The position numbers and the translations under genes are program-made. Source: an uncultured Gammaproteobacteria bacterium (GTDB taxonomy: Bacteria; Patescibacteriota; Patescibacteriia; SG8-24; DYFX01). From it: 64,000 bases of DNA. Where the stretch lies: positions 1,525 to 65,524 of the forward strand of contig CAYOJH010000006.1 in NCBI GenBank assembly GCA_964404275.1. The letters run 5' to 3'. The number at the start of each line of letters is the position of its first letter. Position 1 is the first letter of the stretch. Under the pieces are notes generated by a model, which was given only the letters and a program-made list of their open reading frames with translations, was not told where the DNA came from and ran no database searches. Shown here one piece after another: positions 29,431 to 39,076 of the stretch.

Positions 29431-32400
29431 ATGCCCACCACGAAACGACCCGCGATCCTGGTTTTCGCCTTTCTCGCCTGCGCCCTGCTCGTCTCGCACT
29501 CGCGACCCGTCTCCGCGCTCTCGACCGGAACCCTCATTAAAGGAAGCGGATCGTCCGTGTACTTCTACGCCACCGACGGCAAGCGGCATATTTTTCCGAC
29601 GGAAAAAATCTACGACAGCTGGTATTCCGGTTTCACGGGCATCATCACCCTCTCCGACGCCGATCTGGCCGCCATCCAGCTCGGCGCGAACGTCACCTAT
29701 CATCCCGGCACGCGCATGGTGAAGATCCAGACCGATCCGAAGGTCTACGCCGTCTCCAAGGGAGGCGTGCTGCACTGGATCGCGAGCGAGAGCGTCGCCA
29801 GCGCGCTTTACGGCCCGAGTTGGAATACGATGATCGATGACATTCCCGACGCCTTCTTCTTCAACTATCCGGTGGGCAATCCGATCAACAGCGCGTCGGA
29901 TTTCGATCTGAACGCGGCCAAGAGCGTTTCATCCATTAACGACGATTTCTCGCCAGCGCCGTCCGCCACGACCACGTCGACGTCCACCGCGCCTGCGACG
30001 ACGACCACGACGACTTCGACCTCCACTGCACCCTCGACCACCACGACCACTACGGCCAACTTGATCAGCGATCCGGGCTTTGAATCCGGAACCGCCGGTT
30101 TTTACGCCCAGGAAACGACGGACGCGGCGGTCCGCACGACGACGGCGCCGATCACCGGCGCGGCCAGTTTGGAAGTGACGATCAAGAGCTGGGGCAATAA
30201 TGCCTGGTGGACCTATCACGCCTCGGGCACGCCGAACGGCAAAGCTTCGAAGCTGACCGTGACCGGCAAGCTGCGCGGCGACACGGTGCGCGGCGACACG
30301 ACGTTTGAATTCTGCGCGGCGGTCTATTACGCCGACGGCGGAGACGTCGTCCAGAAATGCGCCGAGGCCAGCAAGATCCAGAGCCAAACGACCGTCTTGG
30401 TCGCTTCGATTGATTTGGACGCGACCCGCGCGCTCGGCGACGTCGACATCCGCATGACCACGAACGGTCCCGGACCGGTCGCCTACGCGCTCGACGGCGT
30501 TTCGGCCGTGCTGACCCTGCCCGCCGGATCGACGACCTCGACGCCGACCACGACCACGACGACAACTCCGCCCTCCACGACGACGCCTCCGCCCACGACC
30601 ACGACGACCAATCCAGGTACCGCCGGTTATACCGCCATGCTGACGACCTCGGGCAGCACCTCCGCGCTGCCGGTCATCGCCGACGCGCAGGACCCGTCCG
30701 AACCGAACATGACGCCGGCCTTTCACGTCTCGGTGCCGACCGCGCAGTGCAATCGTATGCTCGGTTTCGTGAACCCGGCCATCGCCATCCCGACGACCTC
30801 CAAGATCCGCGAAGTCGAAGCGACCTGGAACGGAACGCCCCTTTCGCTGATCGATCCTTCCGGCGCGGAGGTCGCGGAAGACGCGCACGCTTGGGGCTCG
30901 ATGGTCGGCTTCTTCAAGCCGCTCTTCTCCCTGTCTTCGATCCCGGCCGGCAGCGGCACGCTCGCCGTCAAAGCGTTTGATGGCGGCCACAACCTGATGA
31001 CGACCGTCTCGCTTCCGAACCTGACGATCGCGACGCCGCCGGCGCCACTCACCGCCGCCCAGATCGCCGCGCAAAGTCATCCGCGCATCTACCTCACGCC
31101 TTCGCGCTTGGCGCAGATCAAGGCCAAGCCGTCGACGGATCCGACCGTCCAGCGCTTCTGGAGCAAAACCGGCGGCGTCGGCTATTTCCTGCAGTACTAC
31201 ACGACCGGCACCGATCCCGAGAGCTCCAGCTTCCAGAATCAAGTCTACAATCCGGAAGATTACATTCCCGCGCTCGCGCTCTGCTATCAGCTCGACAAGA
31301 CCTCCGATCCGACGACGGCCGCCAAGTGCGCCGACGCCGGAAAGAAGCTGACGCTTGCGATCGCGAACGGCTACAATTCCGGCGCGCGCTCGTATTCAAA
31401 TGACGACGGATACGACATCCGCTTCCAGCTGCGCGACATGATGCTCGCGTACGACTGGATGTACGATGAATTCAGCGCCAGCGACCGCTCCGCCATTGCC
31501 AAAGCCGGCACGGGCTTCGTCGATTGGTTCACGGCTTCCGGCTACGCGAACAAAACTCCGATCGAGAACTACTACGCGGGCTATCTTCAGGGCATCACGC
31601 TGACCGCCGTCGCGACCGCCGGCGACAACGCCGAGGCCGACCGCTTGCTGACGCTTCTCCGCAACAAGCTGACCAACGAAGTGCCGGTCATGAACCAGCG
31701 CCTGTGCGGCGGCGACTTCCCGGAGGGTTGGAACTACGGACCGTACACGATGCTCGAGCTCTCGCTCGTCAATCAGACGCTGAAAGATGCCGGCGAAGAC
31801 TGGAGCGCGGACTTCGACTTCATCCAATCGCTCGCGCGCAGCTTTACCTACCAGGTCACGCCGGACATGGCGATGACGGTGCCGTTCGGCGACTATTCCG
31901 GCGACTTGCCGCACAAGACGACGGCCTCCTTGCTCGCCGTCCTGAGCTCGACGACCTCCGACGGCCCGCTGGCGACGCGCCTCTACAACGCGATGGTCGG
32001 CAATCCGGCCAGCGACGTGACGCAGGATCGCGGCGGCACCTTCTACGAAATGATCTTCGGCAACACGACGCAGTCCGCGAGCCTTTCCGGAATGCCGCTC
32101 TCGTACCTGAACGCCGGCACGGGTCGCTTCTTCTCCAAATCGTCGCTGACCGACACGTCCGGCTATGAAGTCACGGCCGACAACGTCAGCTACTACCACG
32201 ACCATTACGGCTACGCGAACGGCGACGTCCAGCTCTGGCACGGCTCGACCTGCCTCCTGTGCTCCTCGGCCTACCGCGGCCCGAGCTTCATCGGCCTCGG
32301 CACGACCAAGGACTTCTCGACCTACATGATCAATGGCAAAGACGCGTCGGTGAACCGCAACAACCAGATGCTGTTCGACATCGATCAAGGCGCCTACTCC

Positions 32401-32889
32401 GCGCTCGGCATGCGCTTCGAATCGTCGTTCCCGACGAGTCGTTACGACGAAGGCATGATGGATCCGGCCATGCCGCTCGACTACCTGATCCGCGAAGTCG
32501 TGCACGTGCGCCCCGGCGTCCTGGTCGTGCGCGACCTGCATCGCCGCCGCCATTCGACGGACACGCTCGTCGCCAACTGGCATCTTGGCCCGACCGGCAC
32601 CGTTCAGACGATCGCGCCCGGCCAATACAAGGTCGGCAACGTGAACGTGGAAACGTTCGCGCCGACCGGCACCACGAGCGTCTTCAGCACGGACGTCGAC
32701 GCGAAGGGGAATGCGATTGGCACCTTGATGCGGCAGACCTTCCCGAACAATACGAACCAGATGGAAACGGTGACCGTCATCTCGGACGTCGCGAGCGCCT
32801 CGAGCTACGTGAACGGCACGGTCAAGCTCTCGACCGGCCAGTGCGTGAACTTCGCGAACGGCGGAGTCAGCGTCGCGAGCTGCCAGTAA
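29431..32889 (+). CDS. Large secreted protein: CPR-type N-terminal domain, Thr-rich linkers, CBM-like domain, heparinase II/III- or alginate-lyase-like catalytic region
   Basis: Signal peptide; KIQTDPKVYAV domain; NLISDPGFESG; HPRIYLT, NYYAGY, GGDFPEGWNYG, PFGD, HDH. Confidence 0.75.
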   Translation: MPTTKRPAILVFAFLACALLVSHSRPVSALSTGTLIKGSGSSVYFYATDGKRHIFPTEKIYDSWYSGFTGIITLSDADLAAIQLGANVTYHPGTRMVKIQTDPKVYAVSKGGVLHWIASESVASALYGPSWNTMIDDIPDAFFFNYPVGNPINSASDFDLNAAKSVSSINDDFSPAPSATTTSTSTAPATTTTTTSTSTAPSTTTTTTANLISDPGFESGTAGFYAQETTDAAVRTTTAPITGAASLEVTIKSWGNNAWWTYHASGTPNGKASKLTVTGKLRGDTVRGDTTFEFCAAVYYADGGDVVQKCAEASKIQSQTTVLVASIDLDATRALGDVDIRMTTNGPGPVAYALDGVSAVLTLPAGSTTSTPTTTTTTTPPSTTTPPPTTTTTNPGTAGYTAMLTTSGSTSALPVIADAQDPSEPNMTPAFHVSVPTAQCNRMLGFVNPAIAIPTTSKIREVEATWNGTPLSLIDPSGAEVAEDAHAWGSMVGFFKPLFSLSSIPAGSGTLAVKAFDGGHNLMTTVSLPNLTIATPPAPLTAAQIAAQSHPRIYLTPSRLAQIKAKPSTDPTVQRFWSKTGGVGYFLQYYTTGTDPESSSFQNQVYNPEDYIPALALCYQLDKTSDPTTAAKCADAGKKLTLAIANGYNSGARSYSNDDGYDIRFQLRDMMLAYDWMYDEFSASDRSAIAKAGTGFVDWFTASGYANKTPIENYYAGYLQGITLTAVATAGDNAEADRLLTLLRNKLTNEVPVMNQRLCGGDFPEGWNYGPYTMLELSLVNQTLKDAGEDWSADFDFIQSLARSFTYQVTPDMAMTVPFGDYSGDLPHKTTASLLAVLSSTTSDGPLATRLYNAMVGNPASDVTQDRGGTFYEMIFGNTTQSASLSGMPLSYLNAGTGRFFSKSSLTDTSGYEVTADNVSYYHDHYGYANGDVQLWHGSTCLLCSSAYRGPSFIGLGTTKDFSTYMINGKDASVNRNNQMLFDIDQGAYSALGMRFESSFPTSRYDEGMMDPAMPLDYLIREVVHVRPGVLVVRDLHRRRHSTDTLVANWHLGPTGTVQTIAPGQYKVGNVNVETFAPTGTTSVFSTDVDAKGNAIGTLMRQTFPNNTNQMETVTVISDVASASSYVNGTVKLSTGQCVNFANGGVSVASCQ

Positions 32890-32899
32890 GGAGAAAAAT

Positions 32900-32926
32900 C
32901 AAAAACACCCGACCGGGTGTTTTTGA
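32900..32926 (+). terminator. Intrinsic terminator
   Basis: aaaaacacccg-ac-cgggtgttttt. Confidence 0.75.
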
Positions 32927-32971
32927 TTGACGCGGAAAACGAATCGTGAGAAAACCTGCCCAGGAGGCGGC

Positions 32972-33391
32972 ATGAGCACTTTGAGAGAACAGATCGCGGA
33001 GCGCATGAGGCAAGCTTACGAGAAGAAGATCCAAGACAAGACCGAGACGATCGCCAAGCATCTTGGCACGGATCGGAAGCCCAGCAGAGGCTGGTGGCAG
33101 ATCTTCAAGAATGAGTGTTTCGAGATCGAGTACATGCACGAGTGCGAACGGCACTCGGAAGACTGGGCTTCGACCGCCACCACGATCAAGCACGCCGGCA
33201 AGCTCGTCTACGAAGAGACCGGCGAGAAAGGCCTGACCTGCTTTATTCCCGGCGCATGGGAGCAAGATTTCGAAGCCCTCTACGCGCAGGCGAATCGCAA
33301 GATCGAAGAGGACGCGAAGGCGGCGGAAGCCAAACGGATGCAGACGACCGCAATCAATGAAGAGGCAGAGCGGAAGAGATGGGGACTCTGA
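32972..33391 (+). CDS. Hypothetical protein
   Basis: AGGAGG RBS before ATG 32972. Confidence 0.65.
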   Translation: MSTLREQIAERMRQAYEKKIQDKTETIAKHLGTDRKPSRGWWQIFKNECFEIEYMHECERHSEDWASTATTIKHAGKLVYEETGEKGLTCFIPGAWEQDFEALYAQANRKIEEDAKAAEAKRMQTTAINEEAERKRWGL

Positions 33392-33449
33392 CGGCGCGAC
33401 AGTTGTCGCGCTTTTTGTTACGCTGACAGCAGAATATTTTTCTTTTTCT

Positions 33450-33848
33450 ATGATGAGCCGTGAAAAGGCCGTCGATATCGCCGTGTTCCTGCTCCGCATC
33501 GTGGCCGGGTATCTGTTTGTTCAGAACGGAGGCTTGAAGATGTTCGGCTGGTACGGAGGCATGCCGGCCGGCATGCCGTTCCCGCCCATCCTGCACGTCG
33601 CGGGCTTCCTGGAATTCTTCGGCGGCATCGCGATCCTGCTCGGCCTCTTCACGCGGCCAGTCGCGTTCGTCCTCTCGGGCGAGATGGCCGTCGCGTATTT
33701 CATGGGCCACGCTTCGCAAGGCCACGTCTTCGTGCCGCTCCTCAACATGGGCCAGCCCGCCGTGTTGCTCTGCTTCATCTTTCTGTTCTTCGCCGCGTAC
33801 GGCGCGGGCGAGTGGAGCGTGGACGCGAAGCTGAAAAAGAAAGCGTGA
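33450..33848 (+). CDS. DoxX family membrane protein
   Basis: LLRIVAG, GGLKMFG, LEFFGG..ILLGLFTRPVAF.LSGEMAVAYF, GAGEWSVD. Confidence 0.92.
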   Translation: MMSREKAVDIAVFLLRIVAGYLFVQNGGLKMFGWYGGMPAGMPFPPILHVAGFLEFFGGIAILLGLFTRPVAFVLSGEMAVAYFMGHASQGHVFVPLLNMGQPAVLLCFIFLFFAAYGAGEWSVDAKLKKKA

Positions 33849-33852
33849 ACGC

Positions 33853-33882
33853 AAAAGAACCGCCGATCAGGCGGTTCTTTTG
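33853..33882. terminator. Bidirectional terminator
   Basis: aaaagaaccgcc-gatca-ggcggttctttt. Confidence 0.8.
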
Positions 33883-33895
33883 ACCTCTCTTCCCC

Positions 33896-36697
33896 CTATT
33901 TCGCCAAATACTGATTCAGCGCTTCGATTGTTGATGCGCTCATGGCGCCGACGGGAGCGAGGCCTTGTTTCAGTTCGAAGGCTTTGAGGGCGCTTTGCGT
34001 GATCGGGCCGAAGAAGCCGGTCGGAGCAATGGTTTTCGGAAAGTCGCCGAGGCATTGCAGGAGCTTTTGGATCGCCGTGATTTGCGCGACGACCTTTCCC
34101 GAAGCGGGAGAGCTGATGAACGTGGCGTCGGTCGTGCAGGCCAGGCCGGACGGCGCGAGGACCGAAACGTCTTCCGCGGCGGTGATCGGTTCGCCGATCA
34201 CGTAGCCGTTTTTCAAGAGCGTGTCCGAGACATCGGAGATCATGCGCGTCCAGTTGCTGCCGTAAAGCGCGCGAGCGACCGTTTCGTCGGCGATCCAGCG
34301 CAGCACGCCGCCTTTGGCGACGGCATAGACTTTCGGATCCGATTGAATCTTCAGCAAGCGGCTACCCGGCCGGTAGGTGACGTTGCTGCCGAGGGGAATG
34401 GCGGCGATCGCGCTGGCGCTCACGATCTGCACGCCGGAAAAATCTTTATACCAGCTGGCGTAGGTTCCGGCATTCGGGAACGGATACCGGCGTCCGTCCG
34501 CGCCGCAGAAGAAGATGACGGAATCCGATTGCGTAGACGGGTCACCGTCATCCGCCAGCTTCATACGCGCGTCGGCAGCGCACATGATCGGCACGCTGGA
34601 GGACGGCGCTTCCAAATTCTTGTCGGCGTTGATCGTGGACGCGGAAGCGAGCGCATCGGCGGCGCGATAAGGAACGAACCCCGTATCAGGCAAGCGCGGG
34701 ACGACGTCGGCCACGACCACGATGGCGATCGCGTAGTCTTTGACGGCCAGTCCGTTGGCTTCTCCGCTGGCCACGGCCGTATTCGCCGTGGTTTTGATGA
34801 TGTTCGTGCGGCAGGTGTGCGTCCACGTTTCGTTCGTATCAAGCCGACCGTCGCCATTCGTGTCGCCCGAGACGTACTGCATCGGACTGCAGGTATCGTC
34901 TGTTAGATGGATGTTGCTGAGCGGCACCGCGCCCGGGTTGGTGATTTTTTCCGTGTACGTGACCGCGCCCCCTCCGGAGGTCAGCGTCAACGGACTCGGA
35001 ATTTTGGTCACGTGGATCAGAGGCGGCACGACAACGCCCGTATTCGGCAAGCCCGGCGCGCCGACCACGACGGTTGCCGTCGCGATGTCCGAAGCGATCA
35101 GACCGTTGGCCCAACCGGTCGCGACAACCGTGTTGGTGTGGGTTTGCGAAAGCGTGGTCGCGCAGCGATAGACCCATGTTTCGTCCACGTCGAGCTTGGC
35201 GTCGGCATTGGTGTCGCCGGAGAGCAGCGTGATGGGGCTGCACGAGTCGCCGACCATCGCGATGTTCGTCACCGGTACCGTGCCGATGTTGCGCAGCGTG
35301 TAGGTATAGCTGACCGGACCTGGGCCGCCCGGCAGCGCCAGGGGACTCGGCACTTTCACGACATCGATCAGCGGCGGCACGGGCGGGACGAGAATCGGCG
35401 CGCCGATGTCGTCATTGATGAGAATGCAGAACTTCACGTCGCCGGGATTGAGATTCAGTCGGCCGGTGGCGTCGCAATCGCCGGAGAACGTATGCTTGTA
35501 GTTTGCGGCATTGGTTTCCGTTACCGCGTAGACGCCGGCCGGCGCGGGGAAATCATTGCTGATCCCGGAGGCGACCGGAATGCCGTTCACGAAGAGGGGA
35601 AAATCGCTGTATGCCTTGTTGTCGCCGTTATCGTTGATGACGGTTTTTACGACCGTGATCGTGCCCGTGTGCACGCCTCCGCCTGTTGGCGCGGGACCGA
35701 CGGGCGGCGTCAGGCCCTGCACGGTGAAGGCCATCGCGTTGGACGCGCCGCCGCCCGGAGCCGGAGTCACGACGGTCACGGGCAGCGTCGCGGCGGTCGC
35801 GAGATCCGAAGAGGGGATCAAAGCGGTCAATTGCGTCGAGGATGCGTACGTCGTGACGCGATTCGAACCGTTCCATTGCACGACCGAAGCCGGAAAGAAG
35901 TTCGCGCCGTTCACGGTGATCGTGAAACCGGCATCCGTCGTGAGTTTTGTCGCGGGACTGATCGTCGTGACCGTCGGGACGGTATACGGTAATTCAAAGT
36001 CGTACGTCGTCACGGCATTGCTTACGCCGATGCTGAAAGCGTCGACGCTTCCCACGAAGCCGCTCGTCCAGCCGCCGCCGGCTTTGAATTGGACCGTGCC
36101 CGTGTTCGCCCCGGCGGAACGGACGCCGGCGTTCGGAAAATCAGCCAGCACTTCCGACCAGGTGCACGGATTGCCGATCGTGCATTTCGCGTTTCCCGGC
36201 GCGCCGGTGAACCACCAGTTGCCCGTGCCGGCGTTGTCGAGGGGATCCCAGGTCTGCCATGTTCCGGTCGAAACGGCGTGCGTATAGTACGGTTCGTAGA
36301 CGAGCCGCCCCTGCCAGGCGGTGTTGGTGTCGGTGACATTGGTGTCGATGTCGAATTGGAGCGAAGGCGCGAGCGCGCCGCTGCCGGACGTCCGATATGT
36401 GCCGTAGGCGAGAGAGGTGATGGCATCAAGCCGCGTGCCGACGTACGCGAACGTCCCGAAGATTTCTCCGCCGGTGCTGTTGACCGTGAGTTGCGCGCTG
36501 CCGCCGCCGAGCGGAGGCGCGGACGGACCGTACGTGAAGGTGCCGGAACCCGTCGGCGTTTCTTGGAAAAAAAACCAGCCGTTCATATCGGCCGGAGTGA
36601 CGACCACCGGAGACGCCGCTTTCGCGGGTCGCGCGGCACCCGCCAAGGCCAAAGCGATTCCGATCAGGCCCAGAAAAAGATTGAAATTTTTCTTCAC
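33896..36697 (-). CDS. Surface protein: variable head, IPT/TIG domain, shared Ig-like stalk, LPNTG and LPDTG motifs, CPR-type domain, peptidoglycan-binding domain
   Basis: Signal peptide; TITVNGANF...SSTQLTA; DUF11/DUF7507-like repeats; KIQSDPKVYAV; TGFFGPITQSALKAFE. Confidence 0.85.
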   Translation of the reverse strand: MKKNFNLFLGLIGIALALAGAARPAKAASPVVVTPADMNGWFFFQETPTGSGTFTYGPSAPPLGGGSAQLTVNSTGGEIFGTFAYVGTRLDAITSLAYGTYRTSGSGALAPSLQFDIDTNVTDTNTAWQGRLVYEPYYTHAVSTGTWQTWDPLDNAGTGNWWFTGAPGNAKCTIGNPCTWSEVLADFPNAGVRSAGANTGTVQFKAGGGWTSGFVGSVDAFSIGVSNAVTTYDFELPYTVPTVTTISPATKLTTDAGFTITVNGANFFPASVVQWNGSNRVTTYASSTQLTALIPSSDLATAATLPVTVVTPAPGGGASNAMAFTVQGLTPPVGPAPTGGGVHTGTITVVKTVINDNGDNKAYSDFPLFVNGIPVASGISNDFPAPAGVYAVTETNAANYKHTFSGDCDATGRLNLNPGDVKFCILINDDIGAPILVPPVPPLIDVVKVPSPLALPGGPGPVSYTYTLRNIGTVPVTNIAMVGDSCSPITLLSGDTNADAKLDVDETWVYRCATTLSQTHTNTVVATGWANGLIASDIATATVVVGAPGLPNTGVVVPPLIHVTKIPSPLTLTSGGGAVTYTEKITNPGAVPLSNIHLTDDTCSPMQYVSGDTNGDGRLDTNETWTHTCRTNIIKTTANTAVASGEANGLAVKDYAIAIVVVADVVPRLPDTGFVPYRAADALASASTINADKNLEAPSSSVPIMCAADARMKLADDGDPSTQSDSVIFFCGADGRRYPFPNAGTYASWYKDFSGVQIVSASAIAAIPLGSNVTYRPGSRLLKIQSDPKVYAVAKGGVLRWIADETVARALYGSNWTRMISDVSDTLLKNGYVIGEPITAAEDVSVLAPSGLACTTDATFISSPASGKVVAQITAIQKLLQCLGDFPKTIAPTGFFGPITQSALKAFELKQGLAPVGAMSASTIEALNQYLAK

Positions 36698-37356
36698 AAG
36701 TTTGAATAGTATTCGTCTTTTCGATCGGCAAAAACCACGAGCCGTTTGTTGTACTGTTTAGCGCGTTTGTCCCATACGCCGACGACGCAGGTCACGAGAT
36801 TGAGATGCGATCCTCCATCGCTGGAACCGAAGACGTCGGTCGTATCCGCGCCCGCGTCGTATTGCCGGATATCGCGCACCACGAAGGTCGTGACGACACC
36901 CTTGTCGTCCTGGACCAGGATCGTATCGCCGGGTTTCGTTTTTTTCAGATTCGCGAAGGCCGCGGTCGCTCCGTAGAGCCAATTCACGTGTCCGGCGATG
37001 ACCGCGCTGCCCGTCTCTCCCGGACGAGGTCCTAACGCGTACCAAGCGGCATCTTTGGGACGCCGAGGCACGTTCATGGAACCGTCTGCCGCCAACGCGA
37101 CCTGCTCGACAGCCGCGTTCAAGGAGACGCGCGGGATTTTGATTCGTACGGGAATGCCGAAGCTCTTCTTGACCGAGACGGCTTTCGGGACCTGAACCAC
37201 AGCGAGCATGGTCGATCCGTCGCTGGCCTCAACGGCATTCACCAACGCGTCGCGCATGAGGACGCTTTGCCAGAAAAACGCGGCGATGCCGACCGCCAAG
37301 GCCAAGAATGCGCCCAGCACGCCCTTGTGTATGTGCCCCCTGTTCTTTTTATGCAT
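36694..37356 (-). CDS. Class F sortase
   Basis: N-terminal TM; PVRIKIP, PGETGSAVIAGH, LNLVTC...R catalytic H/C/R. Confidence 0.92.
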   Translation of the reverse strand: MHKKNRGHIHKGVLGAFLALAVGIAAFFWQSVLMRDALVNAVEASDGSTMLAVVQVPKAVSVKKSFGIPVRIKIPRVSLNAAVEQVALAADGSMNVPRRPKDAAWYALGPRPGETGSAVIAGHVNWLYGATAAFANLKKTKPGDTILVQDDKGVVTTFVVRDIRQYDAGADTTDVFGSSDGGSHLNLVTCVVGVWDKRAKQYNKRLVVFADRKDEYYSNL

Positions 37357-37412
37357 ACGCCTTATGAAGAAGAGCCGCGCGCCCGCGCCCGGCTCTTCTT
37401 CAAGAATGCATT

Positions 37413-39074
37413 TTAACGGCCGCGCGAAGCGATCCTTTTTTTCTTCCGGCGAGGCGCAATCAGGTGCATGGCGTAGAGGAGCACGGCGACGAAGGCGCCG
37501 GCCGCGACAAGACTCCAGGTCAGGATGCGGCTCGCAAGGGCGACCGTCGATGTCGCCGAAGCCGTGACGACAGGCAGCGTCCGCGCAGCCGCGATCGGCA
37601 AGGCGGGAACCGGCGTGGCTACCACGACGGTTGCGACGGCGAAGTCTCGTACGGTGAAACCGTTGGCGCTGCCGATGACGACGGCCGTATTCGTCGTGGT
37701 CTTGGAGAGTTTTGCCTTGCAGGTATAGATCCAGGCTTCGGACGGATCAAGTTCTCCGTCCCCGTTCTTGTCGCCGGAGATGCGCTTTAAAGGAGCGCAC
37801 TTGTCGTCCGTAATGCGGACATGGCTGAGCGCAACCTTTCCCGGGTTCGTGATTCTTTCCGTGTACGTGACGTCGCCTCCTCCGGCGGGCAAGGTCAGCG
37901 GGCTCGGAATTTTCGTGACATGGATCAAGGGGGGCGCCGCGATGCCGGCATTCGGCAGCTCCGGAGCGCTGACCACGACCGTCGCGCTTGCGAGGTCGAT
38001 CGCGCTCAGACCGTTGGCCCAACCGGTCGCGACGACCGTGTTGGTGTGGGTTTGCGAGAGCGTGGTCGTGCAGCGATACACCCACGTTTCGTCCACGTCG
38101 AGCTTGGCGTCGGCGTTGGCATCGCCGGAGATGAGCGTGATAGGACTGCAGGAATCGCCGATCATCGTGATATTCGTGACCGGTACCGTGCCGATATTGC
38201 GGAGCGTGTACGTGTACTCGACCGGACCGGGACCGTGCGTTAAGGCCAAGGGATTCGGCACTTTGACGACGTCGATCAAGGGAGGTACCGGAGGAATGAC
38301 GACGGGCGGTGGGGGAGGAGGCTCGGGAGGGATCACGATGGGCGGCGGCGCGGGCACGAAGATATCGTCATTCGTGACGATGCAGACGCGGTTGTCGCCG
38401 GGGTTCAGGTTCAGCTGGCCATTGATATCGCAGTCGCCAGAGAATGTCCGGATATACCCCGCATCGCCGGCTTCCGTTACGGTGAAGACATCGCCCGTGG
38501 CAAGGTAATCGTTCGTCACTCCAGATGCGACTCGGTTTCCGTTCACATAGAGCGGAAAGTCGGAGATGGTTCTGGCGCCGCCGTTGTCGTTGACGACGAT
38601 TTTAACGACGTTGATCGTCCCCATGCGCGACGTCCCTCCTCCGGATGAAGAGGGGCTTGCGGGAGTCGGAGCGGGCGGGACGGCGTTGACGCAGGGTCCG
38701 AAAGAGGTCCAGGTATCCGTCGCGCAAGAGTAACGCGTGCCGCAGAGCAGGATCGTGCCGGCCGTGTCGGCGTACAGCGAGATGTCATGTCCGGTCGTCG
38801 GTGCCCCGCAGTTGTCATTCCCGTTCGGGATGTTCGTTTGCGTGCCGTTCGGCTCCGCGCTCGCGATGAGTCCGGAATAGGTTGGCGCGTTACCGATGAG
38901 GTTATAAAACCAATAGGCATCCGCGCCCGTGTTCTTTCCGGTATACGAACACGTGTCAATGTATTGAACGTGGGTGGTGCAGGTGATTGAGGCGACGTCC
39001 GATGCCAGCGAGGGCGTCGCGCTCAAGAGCATGAGCGCGACGATCGAAATCCCCAGCCCTTTGGGGTAGTTCAT
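37413..39074 (-). CDS. Surface protein: Cys-rich variable head, shared Ig-like stalk, internal LPNAG, C-terminal TM and basic tail
   Basis: Signal peptide; stalk homologous to neighbours; ...LLYAMHLIAPRRKKKR. Confidence 0.85.
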   Translation of the reverse strand: MNYPKGLGISIVALMLLSATPSLASDVASITCTTHVQYIDTCSYTGKNTGADAYWFYNLIGNAPTYSGLIASAEPNGTQTNIPNGNDNCGAPTTGHDISLYADTAGTILLCGTRYSCATDTWTSFGPCVNAVPPAPTPASPSSSGGGTSRMGTINVVKIVVNDNGGARTISDFPLYVNGNRVASGVTNDYLATGDVFTVTEAGDAGYIRTFSGDCDINGQLNLNPGDNRVCIVTNDDIFVPAPPPIVIPPEPPPPPPVVIPPVPPLIDVVKVPNPLALTHGPGPVEYTYTLRNIGTVPVTNITMIGDSCSPITLISGDANADAKLDVDETWVYRCTTTLSQTHTNTVVATGWANGLSAIDLASATVVVSAPELPNAGIAAPPLIHVTKIPSPLTLPAGGGDVTYTERITNPGKVALSHVRITDDKCAPLKRISGDKNGDGELDPSEAWIYTCKAKLSKTTTNTAVVIGSANGFTVRDFAVATVVVATPVPALPIAAARTLPVVTASATSTVALASRILTWSLVAAGAFVAVLLYAMHLIAPRRKKKRIASRGR

Positions 39075-39076
39075 AG

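Noticed and set aside
29964-30609. acg/acc-rich low-complexity tracts as DNA repeats
   Set aside because: Explained by Thr/Pro/Ser linker codons.
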